Source of the DNA: Gammaproteobacteria bacterium
Lineage (GTDB): Bacteria; Pseudomonadota; Gammaproteobacteria; Burkholderiales; SG8-39
Reading direction: 5' to 3'
DNA: 64,000 nucleotides
Assembly: GCA_041488375.1 (NCBI GenBank)
Contig: JBGPPD010000001.1
Coordinates: forward strand, 16,667-80,666
The notes under the pieces are model-generated. The model ran no database searches, had not been told where the DNA came from, and saw only the letters and a list, made by a program, of their open reading frames with translations. Positions 52,654 to 61,669 of this stretch are shown here, in pieces (position 1 is the first letter of the stretch; each line of letters opens with the position of its first letter). Position numbers and translations under genes: made by a program.

Positions 52654-54426
52654 TCAGCCTTCCGCGCGCAACGGCCGCGAGGCGCATTCCTCGAAGATGC
52701 GCGCGCGGCAGCGCCCGCAGATCTCCGGGTCGAGCGCGTCAAACGCGCGCGCGACGGCCTCGCGCTTGTCGCGGAACACGGCGTCGGCGCCGATCTCCTC
52801 CAGGAAGCCGCCCTTGCGCAGCACGTCCTCGGCGGGCTGGCGCAGGCCGTGCAGCCACAGCCGCCCGCCGCGCAGGCGCAGCGCGCGCGCCTCGCGCGCC
52901 AGCGCCTCGGCGCCCGCCATGTCGAGGAAGTTGATGTTGCGCGCCAGGACCAGCAGGTGCTTCTGCTCGCGCGCCACCTCGCGCAGCGTCTCGAAATGCG
53001 ACTCGACATGGTCCACCGCGCCGAAGTAGATCGAGCCTTCCACCGCGACGATCTTCAGCTGCGGGCATTCGGCGAGGCCCCGCGACACCGGGCCGAAGCG
53101 CCGCTCGCTGTGGCGCGGGTCGGGGGCCATGGCGTGCATCTGCGGCCGCGACGTGCGGTTGAGGTAGACGACGAGCGAAGCGATCACCCCGGCGAGGATG
53201 GCGTAGGGCAGCGGCATCAGCAGCGTGGCGAGGAAGCTCGCGGCGAGCACCGCGGCTTCCTGCCGGCTGGCGCGCAGGTAGGTGCGGATGCGCGCGATGT
53301 CGATCAGGCCCCAGCCGGCGAGGATCAGCAGCGCGGCCACGGCCGGGTAGGGCAGCAGCGCGGCGAGGGGCGCCAGCGCGAGCAGCAGCAGGACGAGCGC
53401 GAGCGCTGAGAGCACGCCCGACAGCGGGGTGCGGGCGCCCGCCTCGTAATTGATGCCGCAGCGGTTCACCGATGCACTGGTCGGGTAGCCGGAGAAGAAC
53501 GCGGCCGCGACATTCGCCAGGCCCTGGCCGATGAGCTCCTGGTTGTTGTCGATGCGCTGCCCCGAGCGCAGCGCGATGGCGCGCACGATGGCGAGCGCCT
53601 GCGTCACCGCGAGGATGGTGACGCCGAGCGCGGGCCCCGACAGGCTGAGCAGCGTACCGGCCGAAAGATCGGGCCAGGACAGGGGCGGCAGCGCCCCGGG
53701 CAGCGCCCCGATGGTGCGGATGCCAGATGCCATGGGGTCGACAAATTCGCCGACCGCGGCCGCGAACGCGGTGCCGGCGACGGTGGCGATGATGATCGGC
53801 GGCACCCGGCGCGTGAGCCGTGCGGCGAGTGCGCCGGCGACGAGGGTCACGAGCCCGACCGCGAGGGCCCAGGGGTGCGCTTCGCCGAGGCGCGAGAAGG
53901 CCGCGTGCGCCATGGCGATGAACGTCGTGGCGTGCGCCGCCTGCGCGCCGATCAGCGGCGCGACCTGGCTGACGATGATGAGCAGGCCCAGGCCCGCCGC
54001 GAAACCCACGACCACGCCGTCGGCCACGAAGCGCACCAGGGTACCGAGGCGAAACAGGCCCATGGCGAGCATCAGCGCGCCGCACATCAGCGCCAGCGTC
54101 AGCGCCATCGCCACGTACCCGGGCGTGCCCGGCGCGGCGAGCGGCGCGAGCGAGGCGAGCACCATGAGCGAGACCGCGTTGGTGGGCCCCGACACCGCGT
54201 GCAGCGACGAGCCGAAGAGCGCGGCGAGCATCGTCGGCAGCATGGCGCTGTACAGGCCGTATTCCGGCGGCAGGCCGGCGAGGGTGGCGAAGGCGACGCC
54301 CTGCGGCAGCACCACCACCGCGCCGATCAGGCCGGCGATGGCGTCGGCGCGCAACGATTTCCGGTCGACGCGCGGCCACCAGGCCGTGAAGGGCAGCAAG
54401 CGGGCGAGTGCGGGTGGCAGTGGCAA
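52654..54426 (-). CDS. SulP family anion transporter with C-terminal STAS domain
   Basis: 590 aa; N-terminus ...DAIAGLIGAVVVLPQGVAFA; STAS-like tail; TTG start 54426 (or 54399). Confidence 0.9.
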   Translation of the reverse strand: MPLPPALARLLPFTAWWPRVDRKSLRADAIAGLIGAVVVLPQGVAFATLAGLPPEYGLYSAMLPTMLAALFGSSLHAVSGPTNAVSLMVLASLAPLAAPGTPGYVAMALTLALMCGALMLAMGLFRLGTLVRFVADGVVVGFAAGLGLLIIVSQVAPLIGAQAAHATTFIAMAHAAFSRLGEAHPWALAVGLVTLVAGALAARLTRRVPPIIIATVAGTAFAAAVGEFVDPMASGIRTIGALPGALPPLSWPDLSAGTLLSLSGPALGVTILAVTQALAIVRAIALRSGQRIDNNQELIGQGLANVAAAFFSGYPTSASVNRCGINYEAGARTPLSGVLSALALVLLLLALAPLAALLPYPAVAALLILAGWGLIDIARIRTYLRASRQEAAVLAASFLATLLMPLPYAILAGVIASLVVYLNRTSRPQMHAMAPDPRHSERRFGPVSRGLAECPQLKIVAVEGSIYFGAVDHVESHFETLREVAREQKHLLVLARNINFLDMAGAEALAREARALRLRGGRLWLHGLRQPAEDVLRKGGFLEEIGADAVFRDKREAVARAFDALDPEICGRCRARIFEECASRPLRAEG

Positions 54427-54477
54427 GCGGGTCGGATTATTCTCGCGGTGGCGAGATCTTAGCTAACATAGTCGCAT

Positions 54478-55257
54478 ATGCCGCTGCTCGCCGCGAACCT
54501 GTCGCTGCTGTTCCCGCAACTGCCGTTTCTCGATCGCTTCGCCGCCGCCGCGCGCGCCGGTTTTCGCTACGTCGAATACCAGTTTCCCTACGCCTCCGGC
54601 AGCGCCGCCGAGGTCGCCGGGCGCGCGCGCGGCGCGGGCGTCGCGGTGGTGCTGCACAACCTGCCCGCGGGCGACGCCGCGAAGGGCGACCGCGGCATCG
54701 CCTGCCAGCCCGCGCGCGCGAGCGAGTTCCGCGACGGCGTGGAGCGTGCCATCGAGTACGCCAAGGCCGTCGGTTGCCCGCGCCTCAATGCGCTCGCCGG
54801 CATCGCGCCCGAGGGCGTGCCGCGTGAGCGGCTGTTCGAGACGCTGGTCGAGAACCTGCGCTACGCCGCCGGCCGGCTGAAGGCCGCCGGATTGACCCTG
54901 CTCACCGAGCCCGCGAACCCGCGCACCATTCCCGGCTTCTTCCTCAACACCTCCCGCCAGGGCATCGAGGTGATCGACGCCGCGGGCGCGGACAACCTGA
55001 AGCTGCAGTACGACATCTTCCACATGCAGATCGTGGAGGGCGACCTGGCGAAGAGCATCGAGCGGCTGCTGCCGCGCATCGGCCATATGCAGCTCGCCGA
55101 CGTGCCGGACCGGCACGAGCCGGGCAGCGGCGAGATCAATTTCGATTTCCTGCTGCCGCAGATCGACCGCCTGGGCTACCAGGGATGGATCGGCTGCGAG
55201 TACCTCCCCGCGGGCGACACGGTGCAGGGGCTGGCGTGGGCGAAGCGCTACCTGTAG
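54478..55257 (+). CDS. hyi: hydroxypyruvate isomerase
   Basis: [33 protein letters not shown]; xylose-isomerase-like TIM barrel, 259 aa. Confidence 0.88.
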   Translation: MPLLAANLSLLFPQLPFLDRFAAAARAGFRYVEYQFPYASGSAAEVAGRARGAGVAVVLHNLPAGDAAKGDRGIACQPARASEFRDGVERAIEYAKAVGCPRLNALAGIAPEGVPRERLFETLVENLRYAAGRLKAAGLTLLTEPANPRTIPGFFLNTSRQGIEVIDAAGADNLKLQYDIFHMQIVEGDLAKSIERLLPRIGHMQLADVPDRHEPGSGEINFDFLLPQIDRLGYQGWIGCEYLPAGDTVQGLAWAKRYL

Positions 55258-55286
55258 CGCGGGCGGACGCCGCGCGCCAGGCCGAG

Positions 55287-56726
55287 GTGGCGCGCGCGCT
55301 GCGCGAGTTCCTGCCTGCGCGCGCGGTGCTGTGGCAGGAGGAGGACACGCGGCCCTACGAATGCGACGGGCTCACCGCCTACCGCAACGTGCCGATGGTG
55401 GTGGCGCTGCCCGAGACCGCCGAGCAGGTGCAGCGCATCCTGCGGACCTGCCACGCGCTCGGCGCACCGGTGGTGCCGCGCGGCGCCGGCACCGGCCTTT
55501 CGGGCGGCGCGCTGCCGCCGGGCAACGGCGTGCTGCTGTCGATGGCGAAGTTCATGCGCGTGCTGCGGCTCGACCCGCGAGCGCGCCTCGCCGTGGTGCA
55601 ACCCGGGGTGCGCAACGCCGCCATCTCGGATGTCGCGGCGCCCTTCGGCCTGTACTACGCGCCCGATCCCTCGAGCCAGATCGCCTGCACCATCGGCGGC
55701 AACGTGGCCGAGAATTCCGGCGGCGTGCATTGCCTCAAGTACGGCCTCACGGTGCACAACGTGCTGCGCGTGCGCGGCTACGCGATGGACGGCGAGCCGG
55801 TGGATTTCGGCGGCGAGGCGCTCGACGCCCCCGGCCTGGACCTGCTCGCGCTGATGATCGGCTCCGAGGGACTGCTCGCGGTGGCCACCGAGATCACGGT
55901 GAAGCTGCTGCCCAGGCCGCTCGCGGCGCGCGTGGTGATGGCCTCGTTCGACGACGTCGAAAAGGCGGGCAACGCGGTGGCCGCGGTGATCGCCGCCGGC
56001 ATCATCCCCGCCGGGCTGGAGATGATGGACAGGCCGGCGACGCGCGCGGTGGAGCAGTTCGTCGGCGCGGGCTACGACCTGGAAGCGGCGGCGATCCTGC
56101 TGTGCGAATCGGACGGCATCGCGGAAGAAGTCGAGGACGAGATCGGCAGGATGAAGCGGGTGCTCGAGCAGGCCGGCGCGACGCGCCTCACCGTGTCGCG
56201 CGACGAGGTGGAGCGGCTGAGGATCTGGTCCGGACGCAAGGCGGCGTTTTCCGCGATGGGCCGCATCTCGCCCGACTACTACTGCATGGACGGGACCATC
56301 CCGCGCAAGCGCCTGGGCGAAGTGCTCAATTTCATCGGCGCCATGGAAACCAAGTACGGCCTGCGCTGCCCCAACGTGTTCCATGCCGGCGACGGCAACC
56401 TGCACCCGCTGATCCTGTTCGACGCCAACGACGCCGACCAGCTGCGCCGCACCGAGGCCTTCGCCGCGGAGGTGCTGGAGAAATGCATCGCCGTCGGCGG
56501 CACGATCACCGGCGAGCACGGCGTCGGGGTGGAGAAAATCGACCAGATGTGCGTGCAGTTCGGCGCCGCGGAGCTGGCGCTGTTCCACGCGGTGAAGCAC
56601 GCCTTCGATCCGCTGGGCCTGCTCAACCCGGGCAAGGCGGTGCCGACGCTGGCGCGCTGCGCCGAGTTCGGGCGGCGGCACGTGCACGGCGGCCGGCTGC
56701 CGCATGCCGGGCTGCCGCGCTACTGA
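55287..56726 (+). CDS. glcD: glycolate oxidase FAD-linked subunit GlcD
   Basis: First in-frame start after hyi stop is GTG 55287; ALREFLP...YECDGLTAY, VVPRGAGTGLSGGA; start uncertain. Confidence 0.9.
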   Translation: MARALREFLPARAVLWQEEDTRPYECDGLTAYRNVPMVVALPETAEQVQRILRTCHALGAPVVPRGAGTGLSGGALPPGNGVLLSMAKFMRVLRLDPRARLAVVQPGVRNAAISDVAAPFGLYYAPDPSSQIACTIGGNVAENSGGVHCLKYGLTVHNVLRVRGYAMDGEPVDFGGEALDAPGLDLLALMIGSEGLLAVATEITVKLLPRPLAARVVMASFDDVEKAGNAVAAVIAAGIIPAGLEMMDRPATRAVEQFVGAGYDLEAAAILLCESDGIAEEVEDEIGRMKRVLEQAGATRLTVSRDEVERLRIWSGRKAAFSAMGRISPDYYCMDGTIPRKRLGEVLNFIGAMETKYGLRCPNVFHAGDGNLHPLILFDANDADQLRRTEAFAAEVLEKCIAVGGTITGEHGVGVEKIDQMCVQFGAAELALFHAVKHAFDPLGLLNPGKAVPTLARCAEFGRRHVHGGRLPHAGLPRY

Positions 56727-57781
56727 TGCTGGCCGCCTTCCAGGAACGCATTCGCGACGCTGCCGCGCACGGCGCGCCGCTGCGCCTGCGCGGCGGCGGC
56801 AGCAAGGATTTCTACGGCGGCGCCCTGGCCGGCGAGGTGCTCGACACGCGCGGACATGCCGGCGTGGTGAGCTACGAGCCGACCGAGCTGGTGGTCACGG
56901 CGCGCTGCGGCACGCGGCTCGAGGAGCTGCAGGCGACGCTGGCGGCCAGCGGCCAGATGCTCGCCTTCGAGCCGCCGCGCTTCGGCGGCGAGGCGACCCT
57001 CGGCGGCTGCGTGGCCGCCGGATTGTCCGGTCCGCGGCGCGCCGCTGCCGGCGCGCTGCGCGACTTCGTGCTCGGCGCGCGGCTGCTCGACGGCCGCGCG
57101 CAGGAACTGAATTTTGGCGGGCGCGTGATGAAGAACGTCGCCGGCTACGACATTTCGCGCCTGCTCGCCGGCTCGCTCGGCACGCTCGGCCTGATCCTGG
57201 AGGTTTCGCTCAAGGTGCTGCCGCGGCCGGCGGCCGAGGCCACGCTGCTGCTCGAGCTGCCCGAGGGCGAGGCGCTCGAGTCGCTCAATCGCTGGGCGGG
57301 GCAGCCGCTGCCGATCTCGGCCAGCGCCTGGCGCGGCGGCACGCTGCGGGTCAGGCTGTCGGGCGCGCCGAGCGCGCTTCAGGCGGCGGCGAGGAAGATC
57401 GGCGGGCTGGAAATCGAGTCCGGCCAGGCTGCGGCCTTCTGGTCGGGCATCCGCGAGCATGCCGATCCATTCTTTGCCGGCGATACGCCGCTGTGGCGGC
57501 TGTCGGTGCCCTCCCACAGTCCGGCCCTCGGCCTGCCGGGGGAACAGTTGATCGAGTGGGGCGGGGCGCTGCGCTGGCTGCGCGCGCCGGCGGACGCGGC
57601 CGAGGTGGCCGCCGCGGCCCAGCGCGCGGGCGGCCACGCCACCCTGTTCCGCGCGGCGCGCAAGCCGGCCGGCGTATTCGCGCCGCTCTCCCCGGTGCTG
57701 CTGCGTTTGCATCGCGAGCTCAAGGCCGCGTTCGATCCGGCCGGCATCTTCAACCGCGGCCGCCTGCACCCGGACCTCTAG
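56726..57781 (+). CDS. glcE: glycolate oxidase FAD-binding subunit GlcE
   Basis: ATG shares one nt with glcD TGA; LRLRGGGSKDFYG, VMKNVAGYD motifs. Confidence 0.9.
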   Translation: MLAAFQERIRDAAAHGAPLRLRGGGSKDFYGGALAGEVLDTRGHAGVVSYEPTELVVTARCGTRLEELQATLAASGQMLAFEPPRFGGEATLGGCVAAGLSGPRRAAAGALRDFVLGARLLDGRAQELNFGGRVMKNVAGYDISRLLAGSLGTLGLILEVSLKVLPRPAAEATLLLELPEGEALESLNRWAGQPLPISASAWRGGTLRVRLSGAPSALQAAARKIGGLEIESGQAAAFWSGIREHADPFFAGDTPLWRLSVPSHSPALGLPGEQLIEWGGALRWLRAPADAAEVAAAAQRAGGHATLFRAARKPAGVFAPLSPVLLRLHRELKAAFDPAGIFNRGRLHPDL

Positions 57782-58377
57782 GCTTTGGGCAGCTTCCTTT
57801 CTTCCGCCTTCATGTTGGCGCGCACGAAGTCCGCGTACTGCGACTGCGGGTACTTGGCGAGCAGCGTGGCATACAGCTTGAGGGCGTTGTGCGGCTGGCC
57901 GGCGTCTCCCGCGCGCGCCGCCGCTTCCACCAGGCGCTTTTGCGCGCCGGCCAGGTCGCCGGCCAGCGCGGCGCCGGCGTGCAGCGCCCACGCGGCTTCC
58001 ATGTATGAGCCCTGCGCGAGCAGCGCGCGCCCAAGACCTTCCCAGACCGGCGGCTCGAGGGCCAGTTTGGTGCGCTGGTTGACGACCGCGAGGAAGGCCT
58101 TCGCCGCCTCCGCGCCGCGTCCGGCGGTGAGCGCGCTCCTGATCGATTCGGCGGCGGCCGCGAGCGGATCGGCGGGCGGGGATTTCGGCGCCGCGGCCGC
58201 GGCGGCGGCCGGGGACGCCGCGGGCGCCGGCTTGTTCTTGAGCATTTCGGCGACAAAGCTCGCCTCGCGCTCCAGCTCGAAGGCCTTGCGCGCCTTGAAC
58301 TTGCGCAGGGCGATGGAAACCCAGGCCGCGCCGCCGGCGGCGATGGCCAGCACCAGCAGGGCCATGACGATCTTCAC
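57778..58377 (-). CDS. membrane-anchored Ala/Pro-linker plus TPR-like helical protein, function unknown
   Basis: GTG 58377 (or ATG 58365); TM anchor MALLVLAIAAGGAAWVSIAL, linker PAPAASPAAAAAAAPKSPP, helical repeats; genome-typical GC3; only this C-terminal part of listed ORF 57778..59742 is credible. Confidence 0.7.
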   Translation of the reverse strand: MKIVMALLVLAIAAGGAAWVSIALRKFKARKAFELEREASFVAEMLKNKPAPAASPAAAAAAAPKSPPADPLAAAAESIRSALTAGRGAEAAKAFLAVVNQRTKLALEPPVWEGLGRALLAQGSYMEAAWALHAGAALAGDLAGAQKRLVEAAARAGDAGQPHNALKLYATLLAKYPQSQYADFVRANMKAEERKLPKA

Positions 58378-58401
58378 GCGGCGAGTATAGCGGCCCCTCC
58401 C

Positions 58402-59598
58402 GTGCAGACCGAACTGGCCGATTTCGTGCGCGACACGCCGCAGGGCCGCGAGGCCGACGCGATCCTGCGCAAGTGCGTGCACTGCGGGTTTTGCTCCGCC
58501 ACCTGCCCGACCTACCAGTTGCTGGGGGACGAGCTCGACAGCCCGCGCGGGCGCATCTACCTGATCAAGCAGGCGCTGGAAGGCTTCCCGGTGACGGCCA
58601 GCACGCGCCTGCACCTGGATCGCTGCCTCACCTGCCGCGCCTGCGAGACCACCTGCCCGTCGGGGGTGCAGTACGGCCGGCTGGCCGACATCGGCCGGGC
58701 GGTCGTCGAGGAAAGGACGCCGCGCAACCCATGGGATCGGCTCCGGCGCGCTGCGCTGGCTCTGGTCCTGGCGCGGCGCACGCTGTTCGCGGCCCTGCTG
58801 CGGCTGGGGCAGGCCTTCCGGTTCCTGTTCCCGGGCCTGGTGCCGGCGTCGGCGCCCGCGGCGGGCGCGTGGCCGGCGCCACGCCACGCGCGCCGCATGC
58901 TGGTGCTGGCGGGCTGCGTGCAGCCGGCGCTCGCGCCGCGCATCAATGCCGCCGCCGCGCGCGTGCTCGACCGCGGCGGCATCTCTCTGATCGAGGCGCC
59001 GGGCGCGGGTTGCTGCGGCGCGCTGCGCTTCCACCTCGATTTCCAGGAGCAGGGCAGGGATGACATGCGCACGCTGATCGACGCCTGGTGGCCGTACGTG
59101 GAACGGGGCGAAGTGCAAGCCATCGTCACCACGGCGAGCGGCTGCGGCGCAACCGTCAAGGAATACGGCCACCTGCTCGCACACGATCCCGCCTACCGCG
59201 ACAAGGCGGCGCGCATCTCGGCGCTGGCCAAGGATCTGAGCGAAGTCGTGCCGCCGGTCGCCAACGCCGGCAAGGGTAAAGTTGCGTTCCATTCCCCCTG
59301 CACGCTGCAGCACGGCCAGCAGCTGCGCGGCGGTATCGAGTCGCTGCTGGAGCGGGCGGGTTACCAACTCACGCCGGTGCCGGACGCGCACCTGTGCTGC
59401 GGTTCGGCGGGCACCTACTCGATCCTGCAACCGCAGCTCTCCAGGCAACTGCGCAGCCGCAAGCTCGACGCGCTGCAAGGCGGCAAGCCGGCGGCGATCG
59501 CCACCGCCAACATCGGCTGCCTGACCCACCTGGGCGCCGCTGCCGAGGTGCCGGTGCGCCACTGGATCGAACTGCTCGACGAGGCATCCCAGAGGTAA
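58402..59598 (+). CDS. glcF: glycolate oxidase iron-sulfur subunit GlcF
   Basis: GTG start aligns residue-for-residue with the known GlcF N-terminus pattern MQT.L; CVHCGFCSATCPTY and CLTCRACETTCPSG clusters. Confidence 0.93.
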   Translation: MQTELADFVRDTPQGREADAILRKCVHCGFCSATCPTYQLLGDELDSPRGRIYLIKQALEGFPVTASTRLHLDRCLTCRACETTCPSGVQYGRLADIGRAVVEERTPRNPWDRLRRAALALVLARRTLFAALLRLGQAFRFLFPGLVPASAPAAGAWPAPRHARRMLVLAGCVQPALAPRINAAAARVLDRGGISLIEAPGAGCCGALRFHLDFQEQGRDDMRTLIDAWWPYVERGEVQAIVTTASGCGATVKEYGHLLAHDPAYRDKAARISALAKDLSEVVPPVANAGKGKVAFHSPCTLQHGQQLRGGIESLLERAGYQLTPVPDAHLCCGSAGTYSILQPQLSRQLRSRKLDALQGGKPAAIATANIGCLTHLGAAAEVPVRHWIELLDEASQR

Positions 59599-59608
59599 GA
59601 TTCCCGGC

Positions 59609-61669
59609 ATGCTGGTGCGCTGCGCCTGTCCGCATGACTGCCCCGACACCTGCGGGATGCTGGTGACCGTGGAGGACGGTGTCGCCGTGAAGATCCAGGG
59701 CGACCCGTCGATGCCTTTCACGCAAGGCACCCTTTGCACCAAAGTCGCCCACTACCTGGAGCGCACCTACGCGCCGGACCGGCTGCTGCACCCGATGCGG
59801 CGCGTCGGGCCCAAGGGCAGCGGCCGTTTCGAGCGCATTTCCTGGGACCAGGCGCTCGACGAGATCGCCGCGCGCCTCAAGGCGCTGGCAGCCGAGGACC
59901 CGCAGACCATCCTGCCGCTCAACTACGCCGGCACCATGGGCATGGTGCAGTACAGCTCGATGGACCGGCGTTTCTTCCACCGGCTCGGCGCCTCGATCCT
60001 CGATCGCACGCTGTGCTCCTCCGCCGGCAAGGCCGGGATCAAGGCCACGCTGGGCGGCTCGGTCGGCATGGACCCGGAGCGGTTCGACGAGTCGAGGCTG
60101 ATCCTGCTGTGGGGCGCCAATCCCGTGGTCTCCAACCTGCACCTGTGGTCGCGCGTGCAGGAGGCCAAGCGGCGCGGCGCGAAGGTGATCGCCATCGATC
60201 CCTACCTGAGCCTGTCGGCGGAAAAATGCACCCAGCACGTCGCGCTGCTGCCCGGCACCGACGGCGCGCTGGCGCTGGGCATGATGCAGGTGCTGATCGC
60301 CGAGAATCTCATCGACCGCGACTACATCGCGCGCCACACCCTCGGTTTCGAACAGCTGGCCGAACGCGTCCGGCAATACACGCCGGAGTGGACCGCGCGC
60401 ACCTGCGGCCTGCGGGTCGAAGAGGTGGTGCAGCTGGCGCGCGATTACGGCACGACGAAGCCCGCCGCCATCCGCCTCAATTACGGCATGCAGCGCCATG
60501 CCGGCGGCGGTATCGCCGCGCGTACGGTGGCCTGCCTGCCCGCGCTCACCGGCGCGTGGCGCGACGCCGCGGGCGGTCTCGTGCTGACCACGGCGGATTT
60601 CTACGGCTTCGACCATGCGGCGCTCGAGCGCCCCGACCTGCTCGGCGGCAGGAAGCCGCGCGTCGTCAATCACGCCGCCATCGGCGACGCGCTGACCTCA
60701 GCGCGGCCGCCGGTGAAGGCGGTGATGGTCTACAACAACAATCCGGTGGCGGTGTGCCCGGACTCGGAAAAGGTGCTCGCCGGTTTCCGGCGCGAGGACC
60801 TGTTCTGCGTGGTGCTGGATTCGTTCCTGACCGACACGGCCGACTATGCCGACATCGTGCTGCCGGCCACCACGCAGCTTGAGCACTACGACGTGCACAA
60901 GTCCTACGGGCATCTGTACGTGCTGGCCAACAACCCGGCGATCGCGCCGGTGGGCGAGTCGCTGCCGAACTCCGAAGTGTTCAGGCGGCTGGCCGCGCGC
61001 ATGGGATTCGACGAGGCGTGCTTTGGCGATTCCGACGAGGACATCTGCCGCACTGCGCTGCAGTCCGCCAGCCCGCGCATGCGCGGCGTCGAGTGGGAGG
61101 GCATGAAGCAGGCCGGCTGGCAGCGCCTGAACGTCGCCGGGCGCTTCGCCCCCTTTGCCGAGGGCGGCTTTCCCACGCCCTCGGGCAAATGCGAGTTCTA
61201 CAGCGCGGCGCTGGAAAAGCAGGGCTTCGACGCGCTGCCGTTCTTCAACCCGCCGGCCGAGTCGGCGCAGAGCAATCCAGCAGTGGCGGCCGAGTACCCC
61301 CTGGCCTTCCTGTCGCCGCCGGCGCGCAACTTCCTCAACTCCAGCTTCGCCCACCTGAAGCGCTTCCGCGAGCTGGAAGGCGAGCCGCGCCTCGAGATGC
61401 ACGCCGCGGATGCCTCGGCGCGCGGCATCCGCGACGGCGACCGCGTGCGCGTGTTCAACGTGCGCGGCAGCCTGCTGCTGCGCGCGCGCGTCAACGGCAA
61501 GCCGCGCCGCGGCGTGGTGGTGGCGCCCTCGGTGTGGTGGAAGAAGTACGCCCCCGACGGCGGCAACGCGAACAACCTCACCGCGCAGCGCACCACCGAC
61601 CTGGGCGGCGGCGCGACCTTCTACGATTGCCTGGTGCAAGTTGAACGCGCCGACCTTCAAGCTCCCTAG
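59609..61669 (+). CDS. cytoplasmic molybdopterin (MopB superfamily) oxidoreductase, substrate unknown
   Basis: 686 aa, no Tat signal; N-terminal FeS motif CACPHDCPDTC...C; 10 nt after glcF. Confidence 0.88.
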   Translation: MLVRCACPHDCPDTCGMLVTVEDGVAVKIQGDPSMPFTQGTLCTKVAHYLERTYAPDRLLHPMRRVGPKGSGRFERISWDQALDEIAARLKALAAEDPQTILPLNYAGTMGMVQYSSMDRRFFHRLGASILDRTLCSSAGKAGIKATLGGSVGMDPERFDESRLILLWGANPVVSNLHLWSRVQEAKRRGAKVIAIDPYLSLSAEKCTQHVALLPGTDGALALGMMQVLIAENLIDRDYIARHTLGFEQLAERVRQYTPEWTARTCGLRVEEVVQLARDYGTTKPAAIRLNYGMQRHAGGGIAARTVACLPALTGAWRDAAGGLVLTTADFYGFDHAALERPDLLGGRKPRVVNHAAIGDALTSARPPVKAVMVYNNNPVAVCPDSEKVLAGFRREDLFCVVLDSFLTDTADYADIVLPATTQLEHYDVHKSYGHLYVLANNPAIAPVGESLPNSEVFRRLAARMGFDEACFGDSDEDICRTALQSASPRMRGVEWEGMKQAGWQRLNVAGRFAPFAEGGFPTPSGKCEFYSAALEKQGFDALPFFNPPAESAQSNPAVAAEYPLAFLSPPARNFLNSSFAHLKRFRELEGEPRLEMHAADASARGIRDGDRVRVFNVRGSLLLRARVNGKPRRGVVVAPSVWWKKYAPDGGNANNLTAQRTTDLGGGATFYDCLVQVERADLQAP

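Noticed and set aside
55185-55286. N-terminal extension of glcD overlapping the 3' end of hyi
   Set aside because: It overlaps hyi by 73 nt in another frame, and its sequence (MDRLRVPPRGRHGAGAG) is not GlcD-like. The first plausible start after the hyi stop is GTG 55287.
57785-58390. 201-aa plus-strand ORF filling the glcE-glcF gap, considered as a possible glcG-like gene
   Set aside because: The Ala/Ser/Arg-rich translation has no structure-like pattern. The minus strand gives a coherent TM-anchor, linker and helical-repeat protein with proper GC3 bias.
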